Virus record (IMG/VR): IMGVR_UViG_3300009494_000003
Coordinates: 1 to 56,638 of that record
Direction: 5' to 3' (one strand)
Length of the DNA: 56,638 nt
DNA from: a virus
Lineage: Duplodnaviria > Caudoviricetes
The notes beneath the pieces were generated by a model, which saw only the letters and a program-made list of their open reading frames with translations, was not told the DNA's origin and did not search any database. The position numbers were made by a program, and so were the translations under genes. This document shows positions 46,988-55,951 of the stretch, piece by piece; within the stretch, counting starts at the first letter, position 1, and the number at the start of each line of letters is the position of its first letter.

Positions 46988-47365
46988 ATGAGCGATGATA
47001 ATGTAACGACGACGGGAGAATCGATGCAGCAGATAAAGCTGCGTGAAAAGCAGCAGTACGCCGAGGAGTTCGGGGTCGAACTTGGCGAGAATGGGGAGTG
47101 GCCTGCTCGGTGTGACAATTGTCGGTGCTGGGGTTCAGCTCCCATAGATGAGCCGCACAAGCTGGGAGGCACTGACATCGTAATGATGCCGTGTAGAATG
47201 AAACCCCCTCACATCATCTGGACGGAGGAGCATCTCATCGACACCACCGAGGAGAACTTTGGTCTCTCCCAGTGGCCCTACACGGCAGCGCACTGGTGCT
47301 GCGGGGGCTGGAAGTTGAAACCCGTGGAGGAGAACTGGAAGTTGAAACCCATGAAGGAGGTTTGA
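46988..47365 (+). CDS. Hypothetical Cys-containing protein
   Basis: CDNCRCW..CRMKPP..WP..WCCGGW; WKLKP duplicated. Confidence 0.55.
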   Translation: MSDDNVTTTGESMQQIKLREKQQYAEEFGVELGENGEWPARCDNCRCWGSAPIDEPHKLGGTDIVMMPCRMKPPHIIWTEEHLIDTTEENFGLSQWPYTAAHWCCGGWKLKPVEENWKLKPMKEV

Positions 47366-47366
47366 G

Positions 47367-47495
47367 ATGGATGATCTCGAAATGTCAATTCTTTCGTTCA
47401 TCGGGGGTGTTGGGTTTGGTGTGTTGGCCATGTATCTGGTCTTGGGAGTAAAGTTCTTTCGTGATGCGGTGTCCAAGGCCCGGAAGGGTAAATGA
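47367..47495 (+). CDS. Small membrane protein
   Basis: RBS AAGGAGG; ILSFIGGVGFGVLAMYLVLGV. Confidence 0.5.
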   Translation: MDDLEMSILSFIGGVGFGVLAMYLVLGVKFFRDAVSKARKGK

Positions 47496-47496
47496 A

Positions 47497-47679
47497 ATGA
47501 AAATGGTTGGATACAAGTGTATGAAGTGCGGAAAGCTGCACGAAGACCTTTTCAATGACACGGAGGAGCAGCCTGAGATTCATCCAACGATGAAGTGCGA
47601 GTGTGGTGCGAAGCTTCAGAAGTGGAATTTCAAGGGGAACACGCATCGCGCGTTTGTCTCCGATGCGAGGAAAGCGTGA
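47497..47679 (+). CDS. FmdB-type zinc ribbon protein
   Basis: YKCMKCG..CECGAKLQK. Confidence 0.6.
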   Translation: MKMVGYKCMKCGKLHEDLFNDTEEQPEIHPTMKCECGAKLQKWNFKGNTHRAFVSDARKA

Positions 47680-47939
47680 TGAGTAAAAACGGACCGGATG
47701 GAACCCTCTTCTCACCGGATGGTGCCGTGTTGGATCAGGATCACACTCTTCTTTTCAGTCTTGCGCTTTTACCTCCTTGCAGGATTGCGTACACTGATTC
47801 TTGTATCGTGACACAGTCATCGGAGAGTGGGGACATTAGACGCACGCACGCGGCTCACGTAGGTGTTAACGGTGGTCTAGAGGAAGCGAAGAAGTGTGTC
47901 TGTGAAATGATCGACCGGATGTGGGAGCAGCGATGTTGA
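47679..47939 (+). CDS. Hypothetical protein
   Basis: TGATG-coupled ORF. Confidence 0.4.
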   Translation: MSKNGPDGTLFSPDGAVLDQDHTLLFSLALLPPCRIAYTDSCIVTQSSESGDIRRTHAAHVGVNGGLEEAKKCVCEMIDRMWEQRC

Positions 47940-50023
47940 CCATTCGCTACATCAACCCAACAGGTTTTTTCAGCTACGGCAAGTCTGCCAATGTCGACAT
48001 CGAATGCCGAGGTCTCGTGAACCTTATTGGAATAAATCACGACACCGGCGGCGACTCGAACGGTTCTGGCAAGTCCAGCCTATTCAATGCCATGTGCGAG
48101 ATTCTCTACGGAGAGAACCCGACCGGCGTGAGTGGAAATGGCGTGGTCAATGGCGTACTGAGCCAGGGCTATGCCGGACGCGTGGAGTTCATCTCATGGG
48201 AGGGCGTTTACTATCGTGTGACCTCCTGTCGTGACTGGAAACAGGATTTCTATGCCGTGGATGCCAACACGGAGATTGCATACAAGGGGACGGACTTGTA
48301 CTTCGAGAAGTACGAGGGCGAGCAGTGGATCGACAAGCGGGGTGCGCGCATGTCTGAGACACGGAAGGACATTCTGAAGGCCCTGGGCATCACGTATACG
48401 CGCTTCCTGTCGATCTCTTACCTGAACCATCAGGTGGGCTCACGTTTCCTGCGCGGGACGAACAAGGAGCGTGTGGACATCCTGGCGGGCATTACCGGAG
48501 TTGAGGAGTGGGATCGAATTCTTTCGGGTTGTCGCACGGAGAAGAACGCGCGGGCCAAGAAGGTTGAAGAGGCCGAGCGTACGATTGCGTATGAACGCGG
48601 GGCACTGGAACAACTGCGTACACAACTTCAGCAGTTCAAGCAGACGGATTGGAGCGCCCAGGTGGTCAAATACGAGGCTCGGATCGAAGATGCCGAGGCG
48701 GCAGCTTTGAACCTCGGGGCTGACATCGATAAGCTCACGGCGCACGCGGAAACGCTCTCGCAGCAACAGCAGGAGATTTATTCGAAGTCCGGCATCACCG
48801 AGCTTTCTCAGGAAATTTCGGACCTGGCAGCCGAGGAGGCACGGTTGCGAAATCCGGGAAACCTGGAGGATAATCTCCCGGGTTTCGATCCGGTCATTGA
48901 GCAGCGGTTGCAGGACGCCCGGTCCGCTTTGGATACTGCTCGCGGGGAGGTCGCGGCTTTTTCCAGAGGGGGAGGTCTTCAAACCCTGGAGACTTGTCCT
49001 ACGTGTGGAGTGAGCATAGAGAAGTGTTCTGCGTGCGGGGCTGACATTGTCCAGGTCAGGAAGGCTGAGAGAGAGAAACAGCTCACCAACCTTCAGGACA
49101 AGGTCAAGAGCCTTGAGGGTATTCATCGGGAGGCTCTTACCAGCCGGGACGAGTACACCGCGCGCATGCAGGATGCACGGGCACAGGCGTATGCGGAGAT
49201 GAAGTTGAAGGCTGATAAAATTGCGCAACAGATTGAGACATTGCGCACGCGGATGAAGACGAGTAGTTCGGAGTACGAGCGCCTGACTGAGGAGATTCGC
49301 CAGGTTGGTGTCCAGGTCTCCCAGGTTCGCAGTAAACAGTCTTCGGTCCAGAGTGAGGTCGGCACCTACAGGCTTTGGGTTCAGCAGGCGCAGAAGGCCA
49401 TGGCAGATGCCGAGAGTCTTCAGGCCGATGTCGATAAGAAGTTGGCCACGATTGCCGGTATGGAATCCGGTATTTCCCGCTCAGAAGCCGGTCTCCTGGT
49501 GCTGGATTGGCTTATTTCGAACATCCCTTACATCAAGCTACATCGCCTTTCTTTGACAATGTCTGCGCTTTCCGAAAAAGTGAATCGTTATTTGGCGGAT
49601 ATGGGAGATACGATCCGGGTCAACATTTCGTCGTTCGAGGAGAAGAAGTCAACGCGCGGGGCCGGGGACTCGAAGGATCTGTTGAAATCTGATGTCAAGG
49701 TTGAGGTCATAGACGGCGAGAAGAACATTGATCCGCGCCTGTACTCGGGTGGTGAGACGGCCAAGATTTCCAATGCGTTGATTCGTGCACTGCACGAAAT
49801 GGCCCTCCAGGGCGGCCAGGGCTGCAATGTGATCCTACTTGATGAGATTTTCGCGTTTGTGGACATGACGAACTCACAGCGGATTGTGGATGGCCTTACG
49901 AGTATCTGTGCCGCGACAACGTTGGTGACGGACAACAGTGGACATGTCAACGATTTGCTGCCGTTCAATGAAGTTTGGACGGCGCGGAAACAAAATGATA
50001 TTACTACGTTGGAGGTGCAGTGA
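47933..50023 (+). CDS. Rad50/SbcC-like ABC ATPase
   Basis: SNGSGKSS, coiled coil, CPTC hook, YSGGE, LLDEIF. Confidence 0.9.
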   Translation: MLTIRYINPTGFFSYGKSANVDIECRGLVNLIGINHDTGGDSNGSGKSSLFNAMCEILYGENPTGVSGNGVVNGVLSQGYAGRVEFISWEGVYYRVTSCRDWKQDFYAVDANTEIAYKGTDLYFEKYEGEQWIDKRGARMSETRKDILKALGITYTRFLSISYLNHQVGSRFLRGTNKERVDILAGITGVEEWDRILSGCRTEKNARAKKVEEAERTIAYERGALEQLRTQLQQFKQTDWSAQVVKYEARIEDAEAAALNLGADIDKLTAHAETLSQQQQEIYSKSGITELSQEISDLAAEEARLRNPGNLEDNLPGFDPVIEQRLQDARSALDTARGEVAAFSRGGGLQTLETCPTCGVSIEKCSACGADIVQVRKAEREKQLTNLQDKVKSLEGIHREALTSRDEYTARMQDARAQAYAEMKLKADKIAQQIETLRTRMKTSSSEYERLTEEIRQVGVQVSQVRSKQSSVQSEVGTYRLWVQQAQKAMADAESLQADVDKKLATIAGMESGISRSEAGLLVLDWLISNIPYIKLHRLSLTMSALSEKVNRYLADMGDTIRVNISSFEEKKSTRGAGDSKDLLKSDVKVEVIDGEKNIDPRLYSGGETAKISNALIRALHEMALQGGQGCNVILLDEIFAFVDMTNSQRIVDGLTSICAATTLVTDNSGHVNDLLPFNEVWTARKQNDITTLEVQ

Positions 50024-50589
50024 TGGCGAAAAAAACCAAAGGGAATGGAAAAGGGATGATCGATGGCCATAAAGGTCACCAAGATTGCGAGATGGATGAC
50101 CAGATCTACGAGGAAGAGGTTGAGGAGGATGGGGAACTGGTGAGTTTTGCTGAGTGGGTCGAGCATGTGTACGACATTCGCACGATTCGGAATCCGTATG
50201 ATGAGGATACCGTTATGGTGCTTGCCATTGTGGGTAATCGGGCAACCATGGGGAGTATTATAGAGATGCCCGATGGCTTGACACCTGTTTTTCATCCTTT
50301 GATGTTTGCCGAGGCCCCCGTCGACGTAGACCCGGTTACGAAGCAGATCAAGACTATCGGCCCGCAGTTCACCAAGCATTTCATGCTTCTTCAAGCGCTC
50401 GATTGGATGATGCTTCATATTGATTCAATGTATTTCATGCAGGCGAACCGGCCCAGGGACATGGCGCTTGTGGAGGAGTACGAAAAGGCGGTCAAGGCCA
50501 TCCAGGCTCAGGACTCCAATATTGAGATCGTTTCTGAGATGCCCTCGGATCTTCATCCGGACAATGTGCGCCCGTTGGGGCGTAAGTAG
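50023..50589 (+). CDS. Hypothetical protein
   Basis: TGATG-coupled ORF. Confidence 0.55.
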   Translation: MAKKTKGNGKGMIDGHKGHQDCEMDDQIYEEEVEEDGELVSFAEWVEHVYDIRTIRNPYDEDTVMVLAIVGNRATMGSIIEMPDGLTPVFHPLMFAEAPVDVDPVTKQIKTIGPQFTKHFMLLQALDWMMLHIDSMYFMQANRPRDMALVEEYEKAVKAIQAQDSNIEIVSEMPSDLHPDNVRPLGRK

Positions 50590-50596
50590 GGGTCAG

Positions 50597-50827
50597 ATGG
50601 AAGAGGATATCTTAGCGGGGATCGAAGATCAAGAGCGAGTTAAAGATACGTGTGCTCATTGCGGCAAGGCAGTGGTGCCCGACAACGACTCAGGTTGGGA
50701 GGTCTTTGTTGAAGGAGGAACGCAGCCTCTCTGTTCAGACTGTAATGACAGTCCGGAATATTGCCGTTCCGTCGAAGAAGGTCTCAAAGAGATGGTGGAG
50801 AGAAGGAACAGGGAGGAGGGTCCCTGA
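50597..50827 (+). CDS. Small Zn-finger protein
   Basis: CAHC...CSDC. Confidence 0.5.
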   Translation: MEEDILAGIEDQERVKDTCAHCGKAVVPDNDSGWEVFVEGGTQPLCSDCNDSPEYCRSVEEGLKEMVERRNREEGP

Positions 50828-51015
50828 TGAGGATTGAAAACGCCAAGTGTGTCAGGGAGACGGAAAAAGCGATTTTGGTGGAGGCATCGGATTTTGACGA
50901 ACCCGTGTGGGTCCCCCAGAGCCAGATAGATGAGGACAGCGAAGTCTACAAGGTCGGAACCGAGGGTGACCTCATTGTTCTAGATTGGTGGGCTGAAAAG
51001 CAGGGTTGGGAATGA
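50827..51015 (+). CDS. Small phage protein (ETEKAIL..WVPxSQI type)
   Basis: RBS GGAGG; motif typical of small phage proteins. Confidence 0.6.
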   Translation: MRIENAKCVRETEKAILVEASDFDEPVWVPQSQIDEDSEVYKVGTEGDLIVLDWWAEKQGWE

Positions 51016-51266
51016 CCAATCCGAATGTACAGGCCCGGCGCGAGGAGGCTGGGGAGAAGGCTCGGCGTGTTCGGCGTGAGCTTGCCACCATCGAGTTCCG
51101 TGTCGAGGGCGACGACATCTTGATCCAGAGTGGTCCGTACGTTGAGGATTATGTTCGTGAGCTGTGGACGCGCGGCCCCGTCGAACGGGATTACATCGTC
51201 AAGCACATATGGTTTCGGAACGATGAGCGTGTGAACCAGATTCTCAACAGCCTATGTTGCAAATGA
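51012..51266 (+). CDS. Hypothetical protein
   Basis: ATGA-coupled ORF. Confidence 0.5.
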   Translation: MTNPNVQARREEAGEKARRVRRELATIEFRVEGDDILIQSGPYVEDYVRELWTRGPVERDYIVKHIWFRNDERVNQILNSLCCK

Positions 51267-51267
51267 G

Positions 51268-51756
51268 ATGGCCGAGCCCACCCCCATCTACTTCCCCGAA
51301 GATGACGACCCTCTGCATTTCGTAGTCATCAGCAAGCCCTGGGTTCAGAAGAACAATACACAGATCAGATACCGCAATCCCCGCCAAAAGACAGGGGCTT
51401 TTGTCGATCATGCTGAAGACATGAAGGCCGCGAGGCAGCGGATGTCGAGGCTGGTTTACGATCAATATTGTGCCCAGGGGAGATCCTCACCAATAGATTA
51501 CTTAATCTTTGCCAATCTGGTATTTTATGTGAGTAGGAGTCACGAACCTGATCTTGATAATCTCCCTGCATTCGTCTACGACGCCATGCAGGGGATTAGC
51601 GTAAAAGGTGTTAGGGGTTTGAAGGTGGCCCAGGTCCTGGTAGATGATAAACTGTTGCGAGAACAACATAGTCGCAAAATTGTAGAGGGAGACATTGGTT
51701 ATGACGGAGAACCCAGAACAGAAATCACAATCAGACGATACAAAGACGCCAGGTGA
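51268..51756 (+). CDS. RusA-like Holliday junction resolvase
   Basis: PDLDNL..DAMQG..VDDK; PRTEITI. Confidence 0.75.
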   Translation: MAEPTPIYFPEDDDPLHFVVISKPWVQKNNTQIRYRNPRQKTGAFVDHAEDMKAARQRMSRLVYDQYCAQGRSSPIDYLIFANLVFYVSRSHEPDLDNLPAFVYDAMQGISVKGVRGLKVAQVLVDDKLLREQHSRKIVEGDIGYDGEPRTEITIRRYKDAR

Positions 51757-52963
51757 GCCCCCTGCGATGATTGTCGAGCCTCTGGCTCCCCCGTACCGGA
51801 TAGTCCTATACTTCGAGTACGAGGCACTTAAGGCGAAGCTGGACGCGTTCTGGGACAAGCACGGGCTTGGGCTCATTGAGAAGTTCAAGATCAAGACCAA
51901 GAAGGAGAAGGGCGGCGCGCAGCCGAATGCCCGTAAGTTGCTGGAGAAGCGAATCAGACCCAGCAAACTCTACGGATCCGTGCTCTCTGAGATCGTCACC
52001 GACAAGGTTGAGGATGATATCATGTTTCTGGAGGGACTGGAGCTGTTCAACTATCCCCCAGGCAAGGATAATCCCTGGCCTCAGTTGGTCGCCGTGGTCT
52101 ACTTTGTGCCCGATCTGAAGATGAGGGGGACTCTCAATTGGGGCGCAAAGCATCCGCCGATCCCGCCCGAGGAGGAAGAATGGGAGCGTCGGCAGCAGGA
52201 GGTTCAACGTCAGTACCGGGTGATTGAACCCGATGAGGAAGCCACCGACATTACCATGGATCACCAGGTCCTTCTCGATGTCACGGCTAGCATCGAGGGT
52301 GAGCCTTATGCACATGGCACATTCCAGGGCCAGTGGCTCGAAGTAGGCGTCCTGTCCATCCCCGAGCTGAAGGACGCGCTGCTGGAGCACGCGCGCGGCG
52401 ATCTGTTCGAAACCAGGTTCGAACCCCAGCGTGATCCGGAAGTCCTGGGCAAGACTGTGGACGCCGTGGTCAAGGTTCATGACCTCAAGTTTATCAAGGT
52501 ACCTGAAATCGATGACGAGCTGGCAAAGGACGCGGGCTTTGATGACATGAAGGATTTTCGAAAGCGCTTTCACCAGGATTATGAAAAGTACATAAAGAAC
52601 GCGAGGCAGGCGACGGCAACTGATCACATCCTGGGTCAGATCATGATGCAGTCCAGGGTCCCGGCCTTTCCCGAGGAGTGGATCAATCGCAATGTCGAGC
52701 GCATGATTGAAGAACATCTCAAGCAATTCAAAGGTGATCGCCTGCGCGGCATGGCTGTGCTCGGGGTGAAGGACGAGGATAAGTTCCAGCAGGCTTTCAA
52801 GGGCCAACTGTACCGGGATTACATGCAGCAGCTGGCGGTGCGCACGTATTGTAAGATGCACAAGATTGATAAACAGGGTTCAGACGAGATGTTCGAGAGC
52901 ATCTTGTCTCAAGTGAAATGGATTCAAAATGAAAAAGAAACAGTGGAAGCAGTGGGCGGTTGA
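51695..52963 (+). CDS. tig: Trigger factor-like chaperone (start uncertain)
   Basis: FKBP-like middle 'DHQVLLDVTASIEGEPY..LEVG..IPELKDALL', 'LGKTVDAVVKVHDLK..VPEIDDELAK..FDDMKDFR'. Confidence 0.75.
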   Translation: MVMTENPEQKSQSDDTKTPGEPPAMIVEPLAPPYRIVLYFEYEALKAKLDAFWDKHGLGLIEKFKIKTKKEKGGAQPNARKLLEKRIRPSKLYGSVLSEIVTDKVEDDIMFLEGLELFNYPPGKDNPWPQLVAVVYFVPDLKMRGTLNWGAKHPPIPPEEEEWERRQQEVQRQYRVIEPDEEATDITMDHQVLLDVTASIEGEPYAHGTFQGQWLEVGVLSIPELKDALLEHARGDLFETRFEPQRDPEVLGKTVDAVVKVHDLKFIKVPEIDDELAKDAGFDDMKDFRKRFHQDYEKYIKNARQATATDHILGQIMMQSRVPAFPEEWINRNVERMIEEHLKQFKGDRLRGMAVLGVKDEDKFQQAFKGQLYRDYMQQLAVRTYCKMHKIDKQGSDEMFESILSQVKWIQNEKETVEAVGG

Positions 52964-53360
52964 TCATATCCGGGCCACAGAACGGTGCCCCGGTGATCAT
53001 CCTTCATTCGGGGTAGCAACCGACTTGGTAACTCAAGAGGAGTTCCAGAGCAGCGTTCAGGCCGGTGGGACCCATCCGTACAATGATTGTCACTTCTTCG
53101 ATGAAGTGACGGGAACCGCGCCCCCTGCGGGCATGAAACGGATTGAGACGGATGATCCAAAGATCACTGAACGCGACAAGAAGTCCGTGGAGGAGGCTCT
53201 GACAGGTGATCAGGACTTGAAGACCGTGGAGCAGCTGAAGCGAAACCTGGGTGTGTATATCAACATGATCAGGTTCAAGGCTCCTGGTGTTCTGTACGTG
53301 CCGGAACCGCTGCTCAAGGTGGATGCATACATCAAGAAGTTTTTCGACTCAGGAGCGTGA
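52929..53360 (+). CDS. Hypothetical protein
   Basis: Overlapping operon ORF, 143 aa. Confidence 0.5.
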   Translation: MKKKQWKQWAVDHIRATERCPGDHPSFGVATDLVTQEEFQSSVQAGGTHPYNDCHFFDEVTGTAPPAGMKRIETDDPKITERDKKSVEEALTGDQDLKTVEQLKRNLGVYINMIRFKAPGVLYVPEPLLKVDAYIKKFFDSGA

Positions 53361-54280
53361 TGCCTGTTTTCTGCGATTCTCCCGGGTGTGCCCAGTCGTT
53401 GCCTGACAATGGGTTTCGACGTGGAGCCCGTGGCTATGCTTTCTGCGATACGTGCAGGGCTGCACACTCCTACCGGGTACTCCTTACTCAGGTCTACCAT
53501 GAGGAGCCCATTGTTGATGTGATCCTTTCGGCCAGCAAGTTCAAGACCGCGAGTGGTATGGCCGATTACATCGGTGTTTCGTTCGTGACCATCTATCATT
53601 GGATCAAGCGGTACTTCAATTGCACGTTCCAGGAGTTCCGGCGCACCCACATCTGTAAGCAGCGGGGAGAGAAGTGCTACCTGCTGGACATTACAAGATC
53701 ATCGTACTCGCGCCATGACTACGTGCTGAAGAAGATCAGGAGCAAGCGGTACTGTGCGTGCATCAATGCGCTTGAAAACAACCTGATCATGACCAATGCG
53801 CCCATCCCCATTGTCCAGTCCATCTTGCGAGGGAAGCCCGCGATTGATCAGATTTCGGACGGAACATTTGCGCTCGTGCCCACGCCCGTGTATTTCGAGC
53901 ACGCCAAGACTCCCGTGTATTTCGATATACATTCGAAACGATCTGCGGGAGTCGTGGCTCAGCCTGAAGCCAAGTCCCGCGCCGCCCCCATGCCTTCGCG
54001 GGTCCGGAAGACCGTGCCTCAAAAGGTTGTATGCCGTGAGGCTTTAAACTTCAGACAGCGCGTGTTCGTGACCCTCCACAGGCTCGGAGGTCGTGTAGAG
54101 GTAGCGAAGCTTGTTGAACATTTGCGGACCGCCGGGGGCAATATTCCGCGAGCTAACAACACACGGCGCGAAGTTTACAGGAATTCCGGGCTCCTTGAAT
54201 TTGATCCTACCGACCGCCAGGTGATGATCCTGACCCGTGCCGGGCAGAAGGAAGCCGCGTCGATCCTGGCTGATCTGTAG
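53357..54280 (+). CDS. Zn-finger + HTH + winged-helix DNA-binding protein
   Basis: CDSPGC..CDTC; 'TASGMADYIGVSFVTIYHWIKRY'; C-terminal wHTH-like. Confidence 0.6.
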   Translation: MMPVFCDSPGCAQSLPDNGFRRGARGYAFCDTCRAAHSYRVLLTQVYHEEPIVDVILSASKFKTASGMADYIGVSFVTIYHWIKRYFNCTFQEFRRTHICKQRGEKCYLLDITRSSYSRHDYVLKKIRSKRYCACINALENNLIMTNAPIPIVQSILRGKPAIDQISDGTFALVPTPVYFEHAKTPVYFDIHSKRSAGVVAQPEAKSRAAPMPSRVRKTVPQKVVCREALNFRQRVFVTLHRLGGRVEVAKLVEHLRTAGGNIPRANNTRREVYRNSGLLEFDPTDRQVMILTRAGQKEAASILADL

Positions 54281-54352
54281 TCGGATCAGCAACCGGGTAT
54301 TAACTTTTTTCAAGTTTACAATCCCCAAACACATTCATGGTACTATGTACAC

Positions 54353-54643
54353 ATGACGCCACGTGAAGAAAAATTCTTGCGTTCGATGGTCGCCGACTTG
54401 GAATCCACCAGGCGGACGGCGGGGAACCCACTCGACGATTCGTATCAGGCGAACCTGTTGCGCGGGGCTGCAAATGGGTTGACGCTCGTGGCCGGGCTTT
54501 GTCTGGATTGGAAGTTGGTCGCTATTGTCAAATTGTTGCAATCGTGGCTGGCTGACCGGGAGGCCGAGCAGGCGCAGGGGGAGATGACTCGCGGGGAGTC
54601 TCCGCAGTCTGTTGACGCATGGGATGGACATACATACTATTGA
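54353..54643 (+). CDS. Hypothetical protein
   Basis: Follows AT-rich gap with TGnTACTAT. Confidence 0.5.
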   Translation: MTPREEKFLRSMVADLESTRRTAGNPLDDSYQANLLRGAANGLTLVAGLCLDWKLVAIVKLLQSWLADREAEQAQGEMTRGESPQSVDAWDGHTYY

Positions 54644-54651
54644 GGTGAGTT

Positions 54652-55473
54652 ATGGAAAACAGGCAAAATAAGAGAACAACCAGGAGTGCCCACCATCTGT
54701 GGAATGCCGAGTTGGGTGAAGATGGGCGAAGGCGACTTCGCCGGAGCAAAGCCGAGGACAACATGTTCAATGAACAAAAAAAGGATGCGCGTCGAACGGC
54801 GTCCAAGAGGGCTGCGGCAGACACGGTCGCTGCCTATTTTGGCATCTTCGGGGCAGACCTTGTAGACGACCCCACGCTTTCGGATGACATTCCCGTGTCG
54901 GTATCGCGGAGATTCAACGCGGCTGCCAGGGACGAAGCTCCTCCGCGTATCCACACGTGGGACGAACTCCGGCGCGCCTTCGGTGACAAGAACATCCAGG
55001 AAGCACGGCAGGCCATCTCAGACGGCATGAAGGTTCGCATGGCAAGCAAGTACCTGGACGTGCCGTTCGTGGTCGCAGCTGAGATCCTGGCCAAGCTGGA
55101 GGGCACTGACAAGGTTGCGCTCAAGCTCGCGGTGGATGCCGTCAAGGACGGTCATCACAAGGCTGCCAATGCCCATGGCCCGACGCTCGGACACAAGGTT
55201 GCCGCAATTTTCGCTGAGTTTGCGGATGAGGGTTCGCACAGGATTGCGATTGATTCGCGAGCGAAGGCAATCCTCGAAGGCTACTATGGCCCGTATGGGG
55301 CTGAATTGACCAAAGAAATCAAGAAGCGAGTTCGCGCCGATTTGGCGGGCGCATGGTTGCGGAAAAATGGGGTAGACGAGGTAAGTGCCCGATATTGGTC
55401 GCAATATCTGGGGGCCTACGGCGAACAATGGGTAAAGATTGTCCCCAAGAAAATCTCTCCCGCCAAAAAGTAA
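54652..55473 (+). CDS. Hypothetical protein (alternative start 54763)
   Basis: RBS at both starts; internal repeat YYGPYGAEL/YLGAYGEQW. Confidence 0.55.
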   Translation: MENRQNKRTTRSAHHLWNAELGEDGRRRLRRSKAEDNMFNEQKKDARRTASKRAAADTVAAYFGIFGADLVDDPTLSDDIPVSVSRRFNAAARDEAPPRIHTWDELRRAFGDKNIQEARQAISDGMKVRMASKYLDVPFVVAAEILAKLEGTDKVALKLAVDAVKDGHHKAANAHGPTLGHKVAAIFAEFADEGSHRIAIDSRAKAILEGYYGPYGAELTKEIKKRVRADLAGAWLRKNGVDEVSARYWSQYLGAYGEQWVKIVPKKISPAKK

Positions 55474-55865
55474 TGTCAAACCCTCCCCCATCTTCCCAAC
55501 TTCAGGACCAGGTTGAGCAACTCATTGGCTCAGATACGTCCTCGGGGGGAAAAGTTGGGGAACTCATGAAGCTCCTTGAAAAAGCCAGGTCCACGAAAGC
55601 GCAACCCAAGTCCGATCCTGAGTCCAAGTCCGATCCTGAGTCCAAGTCCGATCCTGAGTCCAAGTCCGATCCTGGATCCAACCCCGAGTCCAAGACAGGC
55701 GATTGCCTTGATCCGGATGACGAAGATTGTCGAGACATTCTGAGTCTGTGCTGCGGTGCCCAGGTTCGCACAGTCTTCGGCACGTTGCCCGTCATGGCCG
55801 AGTGCCAGGCGTGCGGGCATATTCAACCTCTTCGCGAGATCGTCCTGGCCCTGCCTGACGCCTAA
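55473..55865 (+). CDS. Hypothetical protein with KSDPES repeats and Zn ribbon
   Basis: TAATG-coupled; SLCCGA..CQAC. Confidence 0.55.
   Translation: MSNPPPSSQLQDQVEQLIGSDTSSGGKVGELMKLLEKARSTKAQPKSDPESKSDPESKSDPESKSDPGSNPESKTGDCLDPDDEDCRDILSLCCGAQVRTVFGTLPVMAECQACGHIQPLREIVLALPDA
55606..55677 (+). repeat. 18-bp coding tandem repeat x4
   Basis: CCAAGTCCGATCCTGAGT x3 plus one variant copy. Confidence 0.9.
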
Positions 55866-55893
55866 GAAATTTTGTTTCATCTTTAGAACCGCA

Positions 55894-55915
55894 CAACCTT
55901 ACTATGCTAAGGTTG
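55894..55915. promoter_or_regulatory. Perfect 8-bp inverted repeat (operator or hairpin)
   Basis: CAACCTTA-CTATGC-TAAGGTTG in intergenic gap. Confidence 0.4.
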
Positions 55916-55951
55916 GTAAATTGAAAAGAGAACTCCAACGAGGACAACATC

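Noticed and set aside
54268-54310. Possible intrinsic terminator
   Set aside because: Hairpin is not directly followed by the T-run.
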